A DNA stretch of 7,297 nt from IMG/VR virus record IMGVR_UViG_2698536355_000008; one strand, given 5' to 3'. The notes under the pieces were generated by a model. The model saw only the letters and a program-made list of their open reading frames with translations, was not told the DNA's origin and made no database searches. This document shows, one piece after another, positions 7,176 through 7,297 of this stretch; the first letter of the stretch is position 1; each line of letters opens with the position of its first letter. The stretch is from a virus. Taxonomy: Duplodnaviria; Heunggongvirae; Uroviricota; Caudoviricetes. The translations under genes were made by a program, and so were the position numbers.

Positions 7176-7297
7176 GGAAGGTGCGAACAAGTTCCTGATA
7201 TGAGATCATCATATTCATCCGGAGCGCATCCCAGAGGGACATCATGAGCCATCAACTCACCTTCGCCGATAGTGAATTCAGCACTAAGCGCCGTCAG
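7176..7297 (+). mobile_element. IS5-family insertion sequence, left end (partial; continues beyond the window)
   Basis: Terminal inverted repeat GGAAGGTGCGAACAAG at 7176-7191, immediately preceded by TTAA (7172-7175), which fits the IS5 YTAR target. The transposase N-terminus follows. Confidence 0.85.
7244..7297 (+). CDS. insH: IS5 transposase (InsH-like), N-terminal 18 codons, truncated by the window edge
   Basis: ATG at 7244 encodes MSHQLTFADSEFSTKRRQ, matching the IS5 transposase N-terminus from memory. Confidence 0.85.
   Translation, partial: MSHQLTFADSEFSTKRRQ

Overview
This window reads as the late-regulatory and lysis module of a lambdoid, Qin-like cryptic prophage of E. coli/Shigella, with most genes on the + strand (reverse of my memory of the K-12 Qin layout). 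Left to right: two small unassigned ORFs; a DUF968 protein (YdfU-like) with a Cys/His-rich C-terminus; a Q-type late antiterminator (QuuQ-like) followed by a candidate late promoter and intrinsic terminator; three cold-shock 'moron' genes (cspF on -, cspB and cspI on +) with CspA-like promoters and long leaders; a small zinc-ribbon protein (YnfU-like, -); a complete lysis cassette (dual-start pinholin EssQ, DUF1327 YdfR, SAR-type endolysin RrrQ, nested spanins RzpQ/RzoQ); a YnfN-like small ORF; and the left end of an IS5-family element that appears to cut a gnsB-like gene at a TTAA target. All names rest on recalled protein similarity and gene order, not on any database search. No tRNA, rRNA or CRISPR array was seen. 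The most interesting unexplained signals are a zinc-ribbon reading frame downstream of cspI that has no in-frame AUG/GUG/UUG ahead of its first Cys pair, an 11-codon micro-ORF with a near-perfect Shine-Dalgarno in a 280-nt structured region 3' of cspB, and the IS5 insertion. I found no strong evidence for a wholly new multi-gene system; the novelty candidates are small proteins and regulatory RNA structure.
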